Assembly (NCBI GenBank): GCA_019057635.1
Contig: DXJL01000113.1
Span: 1-64,000 of the forward strand
Length of the DNA stretch: 64,000 nucleotides
DNA from: Candidatus Heimdallarchaeota archaeon
GTDB taxonomy: Archaea; Asgardarchaeota; Heimdallarchaeia; Hodarchaeales; Hodarchaeaceae
Reading direction: 5' to 3'
Part shown: positions 1-9,964 of the stretch, one piece after another
Layout of the letters: each line of letters opens with the position of its first letter
Numbering within the stretch: the stretch's first letter is position 1
The notes under the pieces: model-generated
Seen by the model: only the letters and a program-made list of their open reading frames with translations
The model's database searches: none
What the model was told of the DNA's origin: nothing
Translations under genes and position numbers: made by a program

Positions 1-13
1 GAGGTCACGATAA

Positions 14-958
14 ATGAGTAAAAGTGAAAGTGATCAAGTCCTTCAAGTTTCAGAAGTAACGAAGATTTATGGACGATCATATCTAACAAATATTGCAGGC
101 AAGACCATTAGTCGTCGAGTAGTAGGAGCAGAGGAAGTCAGCTTTGTAGTGAACAAAGGCGAAATTTTTGGATTCCTTGGTCCGAATGGTGCAGGAAAAA
201 CTACAACTATTAGATGTATTCTTGATTACTTAAAGATGCAGAGCGGAGTGATAAATGTTTTTGGGCTAGATCATCATATTGACGCTTTAGAGATTCGAGA
301 GAGAATAGGATATATACCTGGAGACTTAGCATTATTTAAGAACTATACAGGAAATGAACTAATAAAATTCTATGGTTCTTTCCGTCCTATAGATCCAGAT
401 TTTTTAAAAGAGTTGCGATCATTATTCAGAGTGGATTTAAGTCTGAAAATCAAATCACTTTCGTCTGGAAATCGTCAACAAGTGGGAATAATACTAGCCC
501 TTGCTTCAAAACCTGAATTTCTTATCTTAGATGAACCTACTTCGGGTTTAGATCCTCTGATGACTGCTAATTTCCATCGAATCTTAAAAAAACTTAAACA
601 GGAAGGAAATACGATATTTCTTAGTTCTCATGATCTTGCTGAAGTACAATCTGTATGCGATCGTGTAGGTATTATTCGTGAGGGTCGGATGATTCTTATC
701 GAAAATGTTGAAGATCTAAGATCTAAATTCGTCCAACACATTAATATTAAGTTTGATCCATCAAAGGTCCCACAAATCTCAGATTTTCCTAGTAATTCCT
801 CCATTATATCCGTTAATCAGATTAAAAAAACTGTCTTCAACTTGACGATTAGTGAAAACATTAATTCTTTCCTTCAATGGTTAAGGAATTATCAAATCAT
901 ACGGTTGACCATAGAGGACGCCTCTTTGGAAGAAATCTTTTTACAATATTATGAATAG
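14..958 (+). CDS. ABC-2 type transporter ATP-binding subunit
   Basis: Walker A GPNGAGKTT, signature LSSGNRQQ, Walker B LILDEPT, H-loop SSH. Confidence 0.95.
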   Translation: MSKSESDQVLQVSEVTKIYGRSYLTNIAGKTISRRVVGAEEVSFVVNKGEIFGFLGPNGAGKTTTIRCILDYLKMQSGVINVFGLDHHIDALEIRERIGYIPGDLALFKNYTGNELIKFYGSFRPIDPDFLKELRSLFRVDLSLKIKSLSSGNRQQVGIILALASKPEFLILDEPTSGLDPLMTANFHRILKKLKQEGNTIFLSSHDLAEVQSVCDRVGIIREGRMILIENVEDLRSKFVQHINIKFDPSKVPQISDFPSNSSIISVNQIKKTVFNLTISENINSFLQWLRNYQIIRLTIEDASLEEIFLQYYE

Positions 959-969
959 GGGTTTTATAG

Positions 970-1782
970 ATGCTTACAGTATATAGAAAGAATTTACAGA
1001 AATATTGGTTGATTGGTATATCTTTTCCTATAGTAATAGTTCTCTTCATACCACTAATTGGTAGCTTATGGCCTGAATTACGTAATCAGATGGAATTTTT
1101 TCAAGAATTCCTAAAAAACCCTATTTATCAGGTCATGTTAGGGGAGTTGGTTGATCTTAGCACTTGGCAGGGTATGTATTTCATGTATATATTTATGATG
1201 CTAGAGTGGGTTATGATCTTTGCGACAATTTTCATCCCAGCACGCTTAATTTCTTCTGAGATGGATAATAATACTCTGGATGTTATGTTGAGTTATCCTA
1301 TTCCTCGTTGGAGATATGGCCTTGAGAAATATTGCGTGTATTTGACTTATAATCTTCTCTATCCTATCCTTATCCTTTCAACAACTTTCCTAGCAAATAA
1401 AACAATGCTCAATATAGATTTCATCTCTGCAGAGGAAGCAATAGATTTGGTTGTGGTTGGATATGCTACTATTGGATCATGGTTACTCTTTTTCGCCTTG
1501 GGGGCACTTTCTTTTCTTTGTGGGATGATTTTTCTCGAATCCAGCAAAGCAATGGCTTTCTCTGGGTTTGTTATCCTTGGTCAATATATGATGGAACGTT
1601 TCGGTGGAATAACTGAGAGTATTAATTTCCTTCAAGACTATTCTCTATTTCATTATTTGTCTGCGTCTGCAATCAATCATTCTGGAAAGCTATTGATAGG
1701 TGACCTGATTATTGTTGCATCTGTTGGTCTGGCTGCAGTGGCAGCTGCATTGTATGTTTTTCAAACAAGAGAATTAACTTAA
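970..1782 (+). CDS. ABC-2 type transporter permease
   Basis: About 6 hydrophobic segments and the ISSEMDNNTLDVMLSYPIPRW motif typical of ABC-2 permeases; 11 bp downstream of the ATPase. Confidence 0.9.
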   Translation: MLTVYRKNLQKYWLIGISFPIVIVLFIPLIGSLWPELRNQMEFFQEFLKNPIYQVMLGELVDLSTWQGMYFMYIFMMLEWVMIFATIFIPARLISSEMDNNTLDVMLSYPIPRWRYGLEKYCVYLTYNLLYPILILSTTFLANKTMLNIDFISAEEAIDLVVVGYATIGSWLLFFALGALSFLCGMIFLESSKAMAFSGFVILGQYMMERFGGITESINFLQDYSLFHYLSASAINHSGKLLIGDLIIVASVGLAAVAAALYVFQTRELT

Positions 1783-1928
1783 ACATTGCTGATTAGTCTT
1801 CATAAAGAAAGAGGAATAGAATCCTCACTATTTCTTTTTTCAAACAAAAATCAAATGAGAATTACATTTTGAGACTATTTACCATCAGCACCAAGAGAGG
1901 TCAATAGAGGAAACATCAAAAAACTTGA

Positions 1929-2351
1929 TTATTCTCCTGTAACAAGGTAAAGATAGCCAGTTATTAGTGTCGAAGCAATAAGAAAGAAGAGAGCAAACCA
2001 TTCATCGAAGATTAACCCTGTGGTTATTGTAAGTATAATAATAATTCCAACAATTTCGGAAACACCTGTTCTTCCGCCACTGTATTCTCGAATGACGGTA
2101 TAAACCATTAGTGAAGCGAAAAACACGATGCTCCAGACTACTAAATGAAATATTATCAGCAATGGGGTTGTAGTTCCACCTAAAAGAGTAAGTTCCCAAT
2201 ACAAAACTCCTAGAAATGAATTTTTTATATCAACCACAAAGAACAGAAAAATTAGTTCAAGTAAGAAACCTAAAGATAACATTAAAACGCCTAAAAAAAG
2301 AGTACGTAACTCTTTTGGTGCCCAAAGGTTTCGATAGAGGAGTTGTGCCAT
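1929..2351 (-). CDS. Hypothetical integral membrane protein (about 4 TM)
   Basis: 140 aa ORF, strongly hydrophobic, GGGGT SD-like sequence upstream. Confidence 0.7.
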   Translation of the reverse strand: MAQLLYRNLWAPKELRTLFLGVLMLSLGFLLELIFLFFVVDIKNSFLGVLYWELTLLGGTTTPLLIIFHLVVWSIVFFASLMVYTVIREYSGGRTGVSEIVGIIIILTITTGLIFDEWFALFFLIASTLITGYLYLVTGE

Positions 2352-2994
2352 TTTTTCTTTGACCCCTTATTAGTGTCTCAAGACAAAGCCAAATTTTGTG
2401 TAGTTTTTATCTATTTGTTTTTTTCTTTTTTAATCCACCCGTTAAGGACTCTTAGCATATAAAATAGCCTTAAATTTATTTAATTGGTTACGATGACTGG
2501 GAATAACAAATATTATTCTTTAATTATATATTTTTTTTATTCAACTTATCTTTCACTCACTATCCCGAATCCTGACATCAAAATTTACGATTGGTTCAGT
2601 ATATATTCTTGAATCAAATATTTATCTAAACTGGAGATGAATCAAGAAGATAAACACCAATACTGAAAAAAAATTTCCTTTCAATCCTTTACAATTTTCA
2701 AGAATAAAAATATCTGTAAATTATTATCAGAAATATTAAATCAGAGGGGCATAAGAGCGATCATTCGGATAAATCTGGCTTGGAATAGCTAATCTTTTTA
2801 AGGAGAAAATGTAGATTTTAGTAGATGCGTGAAATTAGAGTAAATATTCTCCCTTTGTTTCTCTGGAAGGAATTGAGATTTTTACTTTATTTCATTTAAT
2901 CAGTATTATAAAGAATTATCACATAATAAACCATATCAGAGCTAAGATCTATCGAAGAAGAACAATTAGGCATTTTTCAATGTGGTAATATGTC

Positions 2995-3696
2995 ATGAAA
3001 ATTGTGATCCTTGGTCCCTACAATAGTGGAAAATCTTCAACCGTTCAAAAAGTTTGTTCAGGAAAAGCAATTTCGATTGATTATGGTGGAACCACAATTG
3101 CCTTGGACCATTGTAAAACCACAATTTATGGGGTTGAAGTCTTTCTTTTCGGGACACCAGGACTACAACGATTCGAAATCATAAGAAAAATTTTAAGCAA
3201 AGGCGCTGATGGGATATTATTCGTTGTTGATTCGGTTAATGTGGCTTCGTTTGATGAAGCAAAAAAACTACTTTCAGAAATTGATGAGATTTTGCCTGGT
3301 ACACCGATAGTTTTATGTGCGAACAAGCAGGATATCTTGGGTGCAAAGAGTCCAGAAGAAGTAGCAAATACTGTTCTGGGAAGTAGAGCTTCTTCAATAT
3401 CTGTAATCGGCACATCAGCAAAAACAGGTCAAAGTTTGGAACGAGCTCTTGGGTTAATCGTATTAAACGCGGTGAAGCACTATTACCCAATTTTACAAGC
3501 GGTTAAGAAATCAACTGGAAATCTAAAGGAAATTGTAGATACGATGGGACAGGAGGAATCAGAGATTCAGTCTCAACTTCAATTTGCTTCTTGGAGACGA
3601 TTAGTGATTGTAGATTGGGATAACAAACGTTATTATCTAGCGAAAGGAGTATCTAATATAATTGATATTCTAGAATTTGGACATAAGCAGATATGA
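2995..3696 (+). CDS. Small GTPase (MglA/ATP_bind_1-like) with C-terminal extension
   Basis: G1 GPYNSGKSS, G2 TTIALD, G3 GTPG, G4 NKQD, G5 SAK; extra ~70 aa C-terminal domain. Confidence 0.88.
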   Translation: MKIVILGPYNSGKSSTVQKVCSGKAISIDYGGTTIALDHCKTTIYGVEVFLFGTPGLQRFEIIRKILSKGADGILFVVDSVNVASFDEAKKLLSEIDEILPGTPIVLCANKQDILGAKSPEEVANTVLGSRASSISVIGTSAKTGQSLERALGLIVLNAVKHYYPILQAVKKSTGNLKEIVDTMGQEESEIQSQLQFASWRRLVIVDWDNKRYYLAKGVSNIIDILEFGHKQI

Positions 3697-3900
3697 ATGG
3701 AATTAACATGGAATTGTGAGAATATGGTAGAGAAACCAGATGTATATATTTGTCAAAACAAAGAATGTGAGAACCGTTTTCAAAAAGCAGTATTTGTTAC
3801 AATTGAAGAAGAAGGTATTTACATAACTAAACCAAGTTGTCCAAAATGCGGCACTACTGACCTCATCTCTTCTGCTTGGTTACTTAGAAGTGAAGATTGA
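3697..3900 (+). CDS. Small zinc-ribbon protein
   Basis: CQNKEC and CPKC pairs; starts directly after the GTPase stop (true start may be the second Met). Confidence 0.65.
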   Translation: MELTWNCENMVEKPDVYICQNKECENRFQKAVFVTIEEEGIYITKPSCPKCGTTDLISSAWLLRSED

Positions 3901-4444
3901 CTCTCGTTTGGGACACCAGATGAGCTTCCTAATCAGCTCTCAAAGAAACAATGAACGGGATGCGCTTTCAGAAGCATTTTATGTCATTTCAGACATATTA
4001 AAATACAATGTTAAACCATTGAAGTCCAGAGTTCCAGGATTATCAATTTTGAAGCTTGTAGATGAAATTGTGAGTCCTTTTACGGTTATTCAAGATATTC
4101 GTAACTATATTACAGAAAAAGGTCCTTTAATTGCTTGTCTAAAAATTGTTCCATTAGAATATTTGATAAAAACGGATCTTCCATCGATTATCCTCCAAAC
4201 AACACACTTAGCTAAGGAAAGAATACTCCCTTCTCATTCTTGGAGAATTACTCTTAATAAGCGTCAAAGCAATTTAAGATCAGTACAGATAATCCAAGAA
4301 GTTGCCAATGAAATTAATTGGGGAATAGTCAATTTAAAGGATCCCGAAATTGAAATTAGAATTGAAATTATCCGTGATTTGACAGGTTTAAGTGTTATGG
4401 CTCCAAATTCTGATATTAGTATGGCAAAGATAATATCTGATTAA
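3890..4444 (+). CDS. THUMP-domain RNA-binding protein (Tan1-like)
   Basis: LKIVP, WRITLNKR and VNLKDPEIEIRIEII motifs typical of THUMP domains. Confidence 0.85.
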   Translation: MKIDSRLGHQMSFLISSQRNNERDALSEAFYVISDILKYNVKPLKSRVPGLSILKLVDEIVSPFTVIQDIRNYITEKGPLIACLKIVPLEYLIKTDLPSIILQTTHLAKERILPSHSWRITLNKRQSNLRSVQIIQEVANEINWGIVNLKDPEIEIRIEIIRDLTGLSVMAPNSDISMAKIISD

Positions 4445-4453
4445 AAAAGACAT

Positions 4454-5113
4454 TTACATTTCTAAAGCAAGTAAGGCAACCTTTTGAAGTTGAGCTTTCT
4501 CGATATCTGCATCGGAAAAGTTGATTGCACCTTGGTAGTTATCTTCAAGGAGTTGTTGAATGAACCATTCCCTTTTCAAAGCATATTCTTCAATTATGTT
4601 TGATTTAGGATTAAATTGGATTTTTTCTTTCAGATATTTGTATGCTATTGGTAGAACTTCACTTGTACTCGCGGCCAGTACACCAATTATTTTATTAGAA
4701 TTTTCCTTGACACCCAACAAATTTAGTGCTTTTTTTATTTGCCTACATCCAGCAAGATACAACAAGATCTCCATAGAGAAAGTTTTCGAAATCATTTTAT
4801 TCGCATTTTTTGCTTTTTCAGCATGCCATAGAGCAGAAAATATATGTTTATACCCCCATATGGGACGAAAGTCAAATAATTGTGAACCAATGAGCTTAAA
4901 TTTTTCCTCTAATCCATCTAAGGTTTCTTTGATATCAATTGATTCGCTTTGGCCTTGAAGCATTCCGCCAAAGACGAGGTATACATAGGAATCCAGTTCT
5001 TCAATGACGTATGGTTCTATTTTTTTACCGCTCCTCAAAATCTTAACTAAATATAAACCTGTAATAGGCCTTAAAATCTTTCTTTTAATAGTACACAAAT
5101 TCCTTTTTATCAA
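4454..5113 (-). CDS. cgi121: KEOPS complex subunit Cgi121
   Basis: QLFD..HIFSALWHA and SMEILLYLAGCRQIKKALNLLGV motifs; true start probably downstream of the ORF-track start. Confidence 0.88.
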   Translation of the reverse strand: MIKRNLCTIKRKILRPITGLYLVKILRSGKKIEPYVIEELDSYVYLVFGGMLQGQSESIDIKETLDGLEEKFKLIGSQLFDFRPIWGYKHIFSALWHAEKAKNANKMISKTFSMEILLYLAGCRQIKKALNLLGVKENSNKIIGVLAASTSEVLPIAYKYLKEKIQFNPKSNIIEEYALKREWFIQQLLEDNYQGAINFSDADIEKAQLQKVALLALEM

Positions 5114-5136
5114 GGATTTAACGATGTGTTTAGATT

Positions 5137-5763
5137 TTGGTGGAATTCAAGATTTTTCACTGGCATGACATTGATAGATTGGCTCGTTCTCTATTCAATC
5201 TTATAAAAAGTGATGGGTATAAACCCGATATTATACTTGGTATTAGTCGAGGAGGGTGGATTCCCGCCCGTCTTCTAAGTGATATGTTTGAAGCAAGTTA
5301 TCTCTTAGAGGGACATCAAACATCTTCGGTGCTAGCGACTATGCAAATTAGATTTTATGCAGCTATAGCTGAGACCCATACTAAACCAGTAATATCACAA
5401 GATGTCGTGGTAGATATTTTTCAAAAGAATATTCTATTAATTGATGATTTAGCAGATAGTGGGGAAAGCTTGGAATGTGCTCTTAATTACCTCAATTTAA
5501 AAGATCCTAAAACGGTGAAAATTGCTACTTTATTGTATAAACCTTGGTCTAAAGTAAAACCCGATTATTTTGCTGAAGAAGCATCTGAATGGGTGGTTTT
5601 CCCTCATGAATATTACGAATTTATGACAGAACGAACTCTATCTCAAGAATTAACGAAAACCAAGGCATGGGCAACATTTATTGAACAGGGAATACCCGAT
5701 CCTGCGATCAATTTTTTCGTTGAGACTTTTTTCAAAAAAGATAATGCTCCAGAATTGTACTAA
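5137..5763 (+). CDS. Purine phosphoribosyltransferase (type I PRTase, HPRT/Gpt-like)
   Basis: ISRGG loop, PRPP-binding LLIDDLADSGESL, WVVFPHE. Confidence 0.9.
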   Translation: MVEFKIFHWHDIDRLARSLFNLIKSDGYKPDIILGISRGGWIPARLLSDMFEASYLLEGHQTSSVLATMQIRFYAAIAETHTKPVISQDVVVDIFQKNILLIDDLADSGESLECALNYLNLKDPKTVKIATLLYKPWSKVKPDYFAEEASEWVVFPHEYYEFMTERTLSQELTKTKAWATFIEQGIPDPAINFFVETFFKKDNAPELY

Positions 5764-5800
5764 TCTCTGTGAGTAATGATTGGAAAAGCTCTTTTGAGAA

Positions 5801-7744
5801 TTGCAATTTGTCCTCTCACAACCACAAAATGCAATATTTGTGATTAATATGCAACTATTACTTGTACACTCTCACGGATTTGATTGGAAAGTAACCGATA
5901 AAGCAATTAACGAACCAGAATCATCTCAAGATGTAAAAATGAGCTTTTCCACATCAGAATCCACTTTAGTTGTTTTTGTTTCAGTTGAAACGAATGATAT
6001 ACCTGATATTTCCAATGTACTTGCAAATAGCTGCACCGAAATCATCTCCGCACTGAAGGACATCGGTGAAAGCAATTTGATTTTGTACCCCTGGGTTCAT
6101 TTAGCTAAAACTCAACCAGCTAGACCAGATGCAGCTTTATCAACATTAAAAAAGTTAGAATCAACATTACGTTCCAAAAATGCTGAATTGAACATAGTAC
6201 GGGCACCTTTCGGTTATTATAAAAGTTTCAACTTAAATTGTAAAGGACATGCGTTGGCAGAAAGATCTAAGGAAATACTCGGACAATCAGGTCAGGTTTC
6301 ACCTGAAAAAACGGCCGAGGTAATAAAGGCCCTCACTGCAGAACAAACCGCTCGTTCCACGTTCCATATTCTCTCTGTGGATGGTAAATTGGCTCCTTTC
6401 GACAAATTTAATTACAAAGGACAGAAAGAGTTCGAACTATTTGTTAAATATGAAACTGCGAAGGATAGAACTGTTAGCACCCCTCCACTGCATGTAGATG
6501 TCATGAAAAATCTTGAACTGGTGGATTATGAGGACGGTTCTGATCCTGGGAATTTTCGGATACTTCCAAGAGGCTATATTGTCAAAAGGTTAATCGAAGA
6601 CCATGTCAACAATATGGCGGCTCAATACGGAGCAATGATTGTTGAAACACCACTCATGTATTCATATGACCACCAATCTCTGAAAAAGTACCTAGAACGG
6701 TTTCCAGCAAGACAATATGTCGTACAATCAGGAAATAAGAACTATTTTTTGCGATTTGCTGCCTGCTTTGGGCAATTTCTTACACTGTCAGATGCCATCA
6801 TTAGCTACCGTCAACTTCCGTTAAAAATTTTTGAAATGGCAAAATCTTTCAGGCGTGAACAACGCGGGGAGCTTGCTGGACTACGTAGACTTAGAGCTTT
6901 CACCATGCCTGACTTACATACAGCTATAAGCGATATTAAGATGGCTAAAAAAGAGTTTGTTGAACAATTCCGTCTTGCATATCAATATATGCAAGATATT
7001 GAGGTTAATATTGAAACTGCATTCCGTATGACAACTGAATTCTTTGATGAAAATAAGGAATGGGTAATCTCTCTTATAAAATTATTAAATAAACCAGTTC
7101 TACTCGAATTGTTCGAAACAAGATATGCGTATTTCATTTTAAAGTTTGAATTTAATGTGGTTGATACACAAAAGAAAGCTGCAGCACTTTCCACAGTTCA
7201 AATTGATGTAGAAAATTCTGAACGATTTGACATTAAATATACTAGCTCGAGTGGAAAAGAAATTTATCCATTATTAATGCATTGTTCGCTTTCCGGATCC
7301 ACTGAGAGAGTCATTTATGGAATTATTGAGGAGCAAATTAAACGTTCTCAAAAAGGGTCGAAACCGCAATTTCCTTTATGGTTATCTCCTGCACAAGTAA
7401 GAATATTACCTGTATCTGAGGATTACCTTGATTTCACAAATACAATCGCAGAAGAACTGGAACAAAATGATATTAGAGTGGAAATTGATGATCGAGACTT
7501 ATCTCTTGGTAAGAAAATTAGAGCTGCGGAGAAATTATGGACTCCCATTATTATTGTAGCTGGAGAAAAGGAACTGAATGAAGGAAAAGTGAGTGTAAGA
7601 TATCGGTTCAATAATTCGCAAGAATTTCAAGCATTAGAAGAAGTCGTCGAATTTATTCAAAGTCAGACTCAGGATAAACCGACCTATTTTCGAGTTTTTC
7701 CAAAGCTGGTTTCCCATCAGCCAATATTCTCCCGAGTAGTCTAG
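5801..7744 (+). CDS. thrS: Threonyl-tRNA synthetase, archaeal type with N-terminal editing domain
   Basis: MQLLLVHS start (likely ATG at 5849), YPWVHL, RAPFGYYKSF..CKGH editing domain, LRFAACFG, FRREQRGE, RLRAFTMPDLH, anticodon-binding C-terminus. Confidence 0.97.
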   Translation: MQFVLSQPQNAIFVINMQLLLVHSHGFDWKVTDKAINEPESSQDVKMSFSTSESTLVVFVSVETNDIPDISNVLANSCTEIISALKDIGESNLILYPWVHLAKTQPARPDAALSTLKKLESTLRSKNAELNIVRAPFGYYKSFNLNCKGHALAERSKEILGQSGQVSPEKTAEVIKALTAEQTARSTFHILSVDGKLAPFDKFNYKGQKEFELFVKYETAKDRTVSTPPLHVDVMKNLELVDYEDGSDPGNFRILPRGYIVKRLIEDHVNNMAAQYGAMIVETPLMYSYDHQSLKKYLERFPARQYVVQSGNKNYFLRFAACFGQFLTLSDAIISYRQLPLKIFEMAKSFRREQRGELAGLRRLRAFTMPDLHTAISDIKMAKKEFVEQFRLAYQYMQDIEVNIETAFRMTTEFFDENKEWVISLIKLLNKPVLLELFETRYAYFILKFEFNVVDTQKKAAALSTVQIDVENSERFDIKYTSSSGKEIYPLLMHCSLSGSTERVIYGIIEEQIKRSQKGSKPQFPLWLSPAQVRILPVSEDYLDFTNTIAEELEQNDIRVEIDDRDLSLGKKIRAAEKLWTPIIIVAGEKELNEGKVSVRYRFNNSQEFQALEEVVEFIQSQTQDKPTYFRVFPKLVSHQPIFSRVV

Positions 7745-7940
7745 TAGGAGTACTTCAGAGTAATTTCGAATACAACCAATAAAATAGGTTTATTAATAAT
7801 GCACAGAACTCTTAAAACAACCGCTATAAGAAAACTGTTTATGTATTTGAAACCCTCTCTGTCGAAGAGTAGTGAGTTTCTCAATAAATTTTATCTTTAG
7901 CACTTACAGCATCTGATTCAATTGATGATTGGTTTAGAAG

Positions 7941-8489
7941 ATGCCAACTAAATTATTTGGTCGAGAAATCGAAAATCAAATAGCCTTTGTCGGTCTTGCT
8001 AATGCAGGAAAAACAACATTAGTAAAACGACTGAAAGGGCATGATGACTTAGCAACAGTCCCTACTATGGGTATGAATATAGAAACGCTAAAGATTGGTG
8101 GTATTGAAGTTATGGCTGTGGATTTAGGTGGACAGCCTACATATCCTACTAGTCTTTGGGAACCATTTGTTTCAGAAGCATCGGGAGTGGTCTTTGTTTT
8201 CGATTCAGCTGACAGAGACAAAGTTGAAACTGCAGCTAAGTGGCTTAAGAATGTTATTCAATGGGCACCAGAGGATTCTGCATTTTTATTTCTAGCAAAT
8301 AAACAAGATCTTGATGTTGCAATGTCTTTAGATAATATAATTAAAACCCTTGAACTGGAAACTGAAATGGCAAAACGCCCGCGAACATTTGGGGTTTATC
8401 CATGCTCTGCTCTCACTGGAGAAGGCGTTGATGAACCTTGGCGATGGATGAGCGAGAGATTTCAAAGTAAACTAGCACAAAGAAAGTAA
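7941..8489 (+). CDS. Arf-family small GTPase
   Basis: GLANAGKTT, PTMG, DLGGQ, NKQD, CSA. Confidence 0.93.
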   Translation: MPTKLFGREIENQIAFVGLANAGKTTLVKRLKGHDDLATVPTMGMNIETLKIGGIEVMAVDLGGQPTYPTSLWEPFVSEASGVVFVFDSADRDKVETAAKWLKNVIQWAPEDSAFLFLANKQDLDVAMSLDNIIKTLELETEMAKRPRTFGVYPCSALTGEGVDEPWRWMSERFQSKLAQRK

Positions 8490-8502
8490 AGAGGTATCTT
8501 CA

Positions 8503-9066
8503 ATGAGTTTCCTTACCAAACTACGCTCGAAGTTCGCAAGAGAACGATTAACGGTGAAAATTGCCTGGTTAGGGCTTGATCATGCAGGAAAGACAACAAT
8601 CGTCAAAAGAATTACCTCTGGTGAATTCGATGATAGTACATTTCGTACACTTGGTATGAATGTAGACGAGTTCAGCTCTGGTAATGTTAGATTTATATCT
8701 TGGGACATCGGTGGCCAAGAAGCCTTTCGTGAATCCCTCTGGGAGAGTTATATGGCAGGTTCAATGGGAATTGTTTATGTAATTGATTCAAATGACCGAC
8801 AACGTTTTGATGAAGCTCAAGCTGAATTATGGAAGTATGTCTTAAATAATGATAAGGTAGAAAACATCCCCATTCTGGTACTTGCAAACAAACAAGATCT
8901 TGAAAATGCTGCATCAGCTGGAGAAGTTGCTCGCTCCCTTAATCTTCACAAAGTAACCACTCATTCATATGCAATCGTACCTACTTCAGCTAAAACAGGC
9001 TTCAATATTGAAGAAGGATTAGAATGGCTTCGACAGCGAGTTACTGAAAAAATAGAAACTCTCTGA
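8503..9066 (+). CDS. Arf-family small GTPase with N-terminal amphipathic helix
   Basis: GLDHAGKTT, TLG, WDIGGQ, NKQD, TSAK; N-terminus MSFLTKLRSKF. Confidence 0.95.
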   Translation: MSFLTKLRSKFARERLTVKIAWLGLDHAGKTTIVKRITSGEFDDSTFRTLGMNVDEFSSGNVRFISWDIGGQEAFRESLWESYMAGSMGIVYVIDSNDRQRFDEAQAELWKYVLNNDKVENIPILVLANKQDLENAASAGEVARSLNLHKVTTHSYAIVPTSAKTGFNIEEGLEWLRQRVTEKIETL

Positions 9067-9088
9067 AAAATAAGAAAATTCTATTATA

Positions 9089-9883
9089 TTATTTTTTCAT
9101 AACTTTTTTGTCCGAGACAAGATTTACTCTTTCAGTTAACGTTATGAATAGTCGATGTAACTTTGTTAGATCTAAATTCTTATTTATTCTGGAATATATA
9201 CGAATAGAAGGATCTTCTGACGAATCGATAGAAATACGTACAACAGAATCACGAATGGCGTATATTTGCTTAAGAAGTGGTTTATCTTTGAGGAAGAAGT
9301 CGCCCATACGTTCAGATGTTGCTTTCATTAAAAAGAATTGATCTAATAATTCAGAATCAAGTATAACGTCTTTTAACTGAAAAAGTAAGTCTTGATGTTT
9401 TTTAATTTGTCCTTCTTCATGATTGGGGATAATTTGTATTTTTGTTGGTAGTTTCCCTTTTTTTGCATTTCCTTCTAACGCAATGTAGTCATTTGCTCCT
9501 GAAAACCATGAGATTATCACAGATAACATTAAATGACGCTCTTCCAACGCAAACACGACACGAAAATCTTTGAATGGAATTTTAGATGATTTTTTATATT
9601 TAGGAAATAATAGGCCACCATTGGAAGTTATTTGATCAGTTACTAAATCATCAAATTCATTAGAAAATATTTCAAGAAGAGCATCCTTTGATACATTGAT
9701 AATTTTATGATTCTTCCTCCTACCAGACCACAACAGGTAAAAAGTAAAAAATAGAACTAATCCTGGTCCTAAAAATATTACCATATAATCTAGAAGCCCG
9801 TATTGCTCAGATTGAAGAAAGAATTGTCCAATGAAAAGAAATTTTTCCATAAAAGGGTCGTATATTGCCATTTTGAATCTCAA
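9089..9883 (-). CDS. Membrane-anchored protein, CCDC47/DUF1682 (PAT complex)-like
   Basis: TM followed by GRRKNHKI..EIFSNEF and LEERHLMLSVIISWFSGANDYI, matching recalled CCDC47 motifs [14 protein letters not shown] and [22 protein letters not shown]. Confidence 0.62.
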   Translation of the reverse strand: MRFKMAIYDPFMEKFLFIGQFFLQSEQYGLLDYMVIFLGPGLVLFFTFYLLWSGRRKNHKIINVSKDALLEIFSNEFDDLVTDQITSNGGLLFPKYKKSSKIPFKDFRVVFALEERHLMLSVIISWFSGANDYIALEGNAKKGKLPTKIQIIPNHEEGQIKKHQDLLFQLKDVILDSELLDQFFLMKATSERMGDFFLKDKPLLKQIYAIRDSVVRISIDSSEDPSIRIYSRINKNLDLTKLHRLFITLTERVNLVSDKKVMKK

Positions 9884-9964
9884 AATGACCTTCTGAATCG
9901 ATGTTTAATATTATTTGCTTCGATCTGATTTCGAATTTTTTAATTTCAGATTTATTCTTAGTTC

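Noticed and set aside
2352-2994. Long AT-rich intergenic region as an origin or ncRNA
   Set aside because: No ORB-like repeats, no adjacent cdc6 and no GC-rich structure; most simply a divergent promoter region
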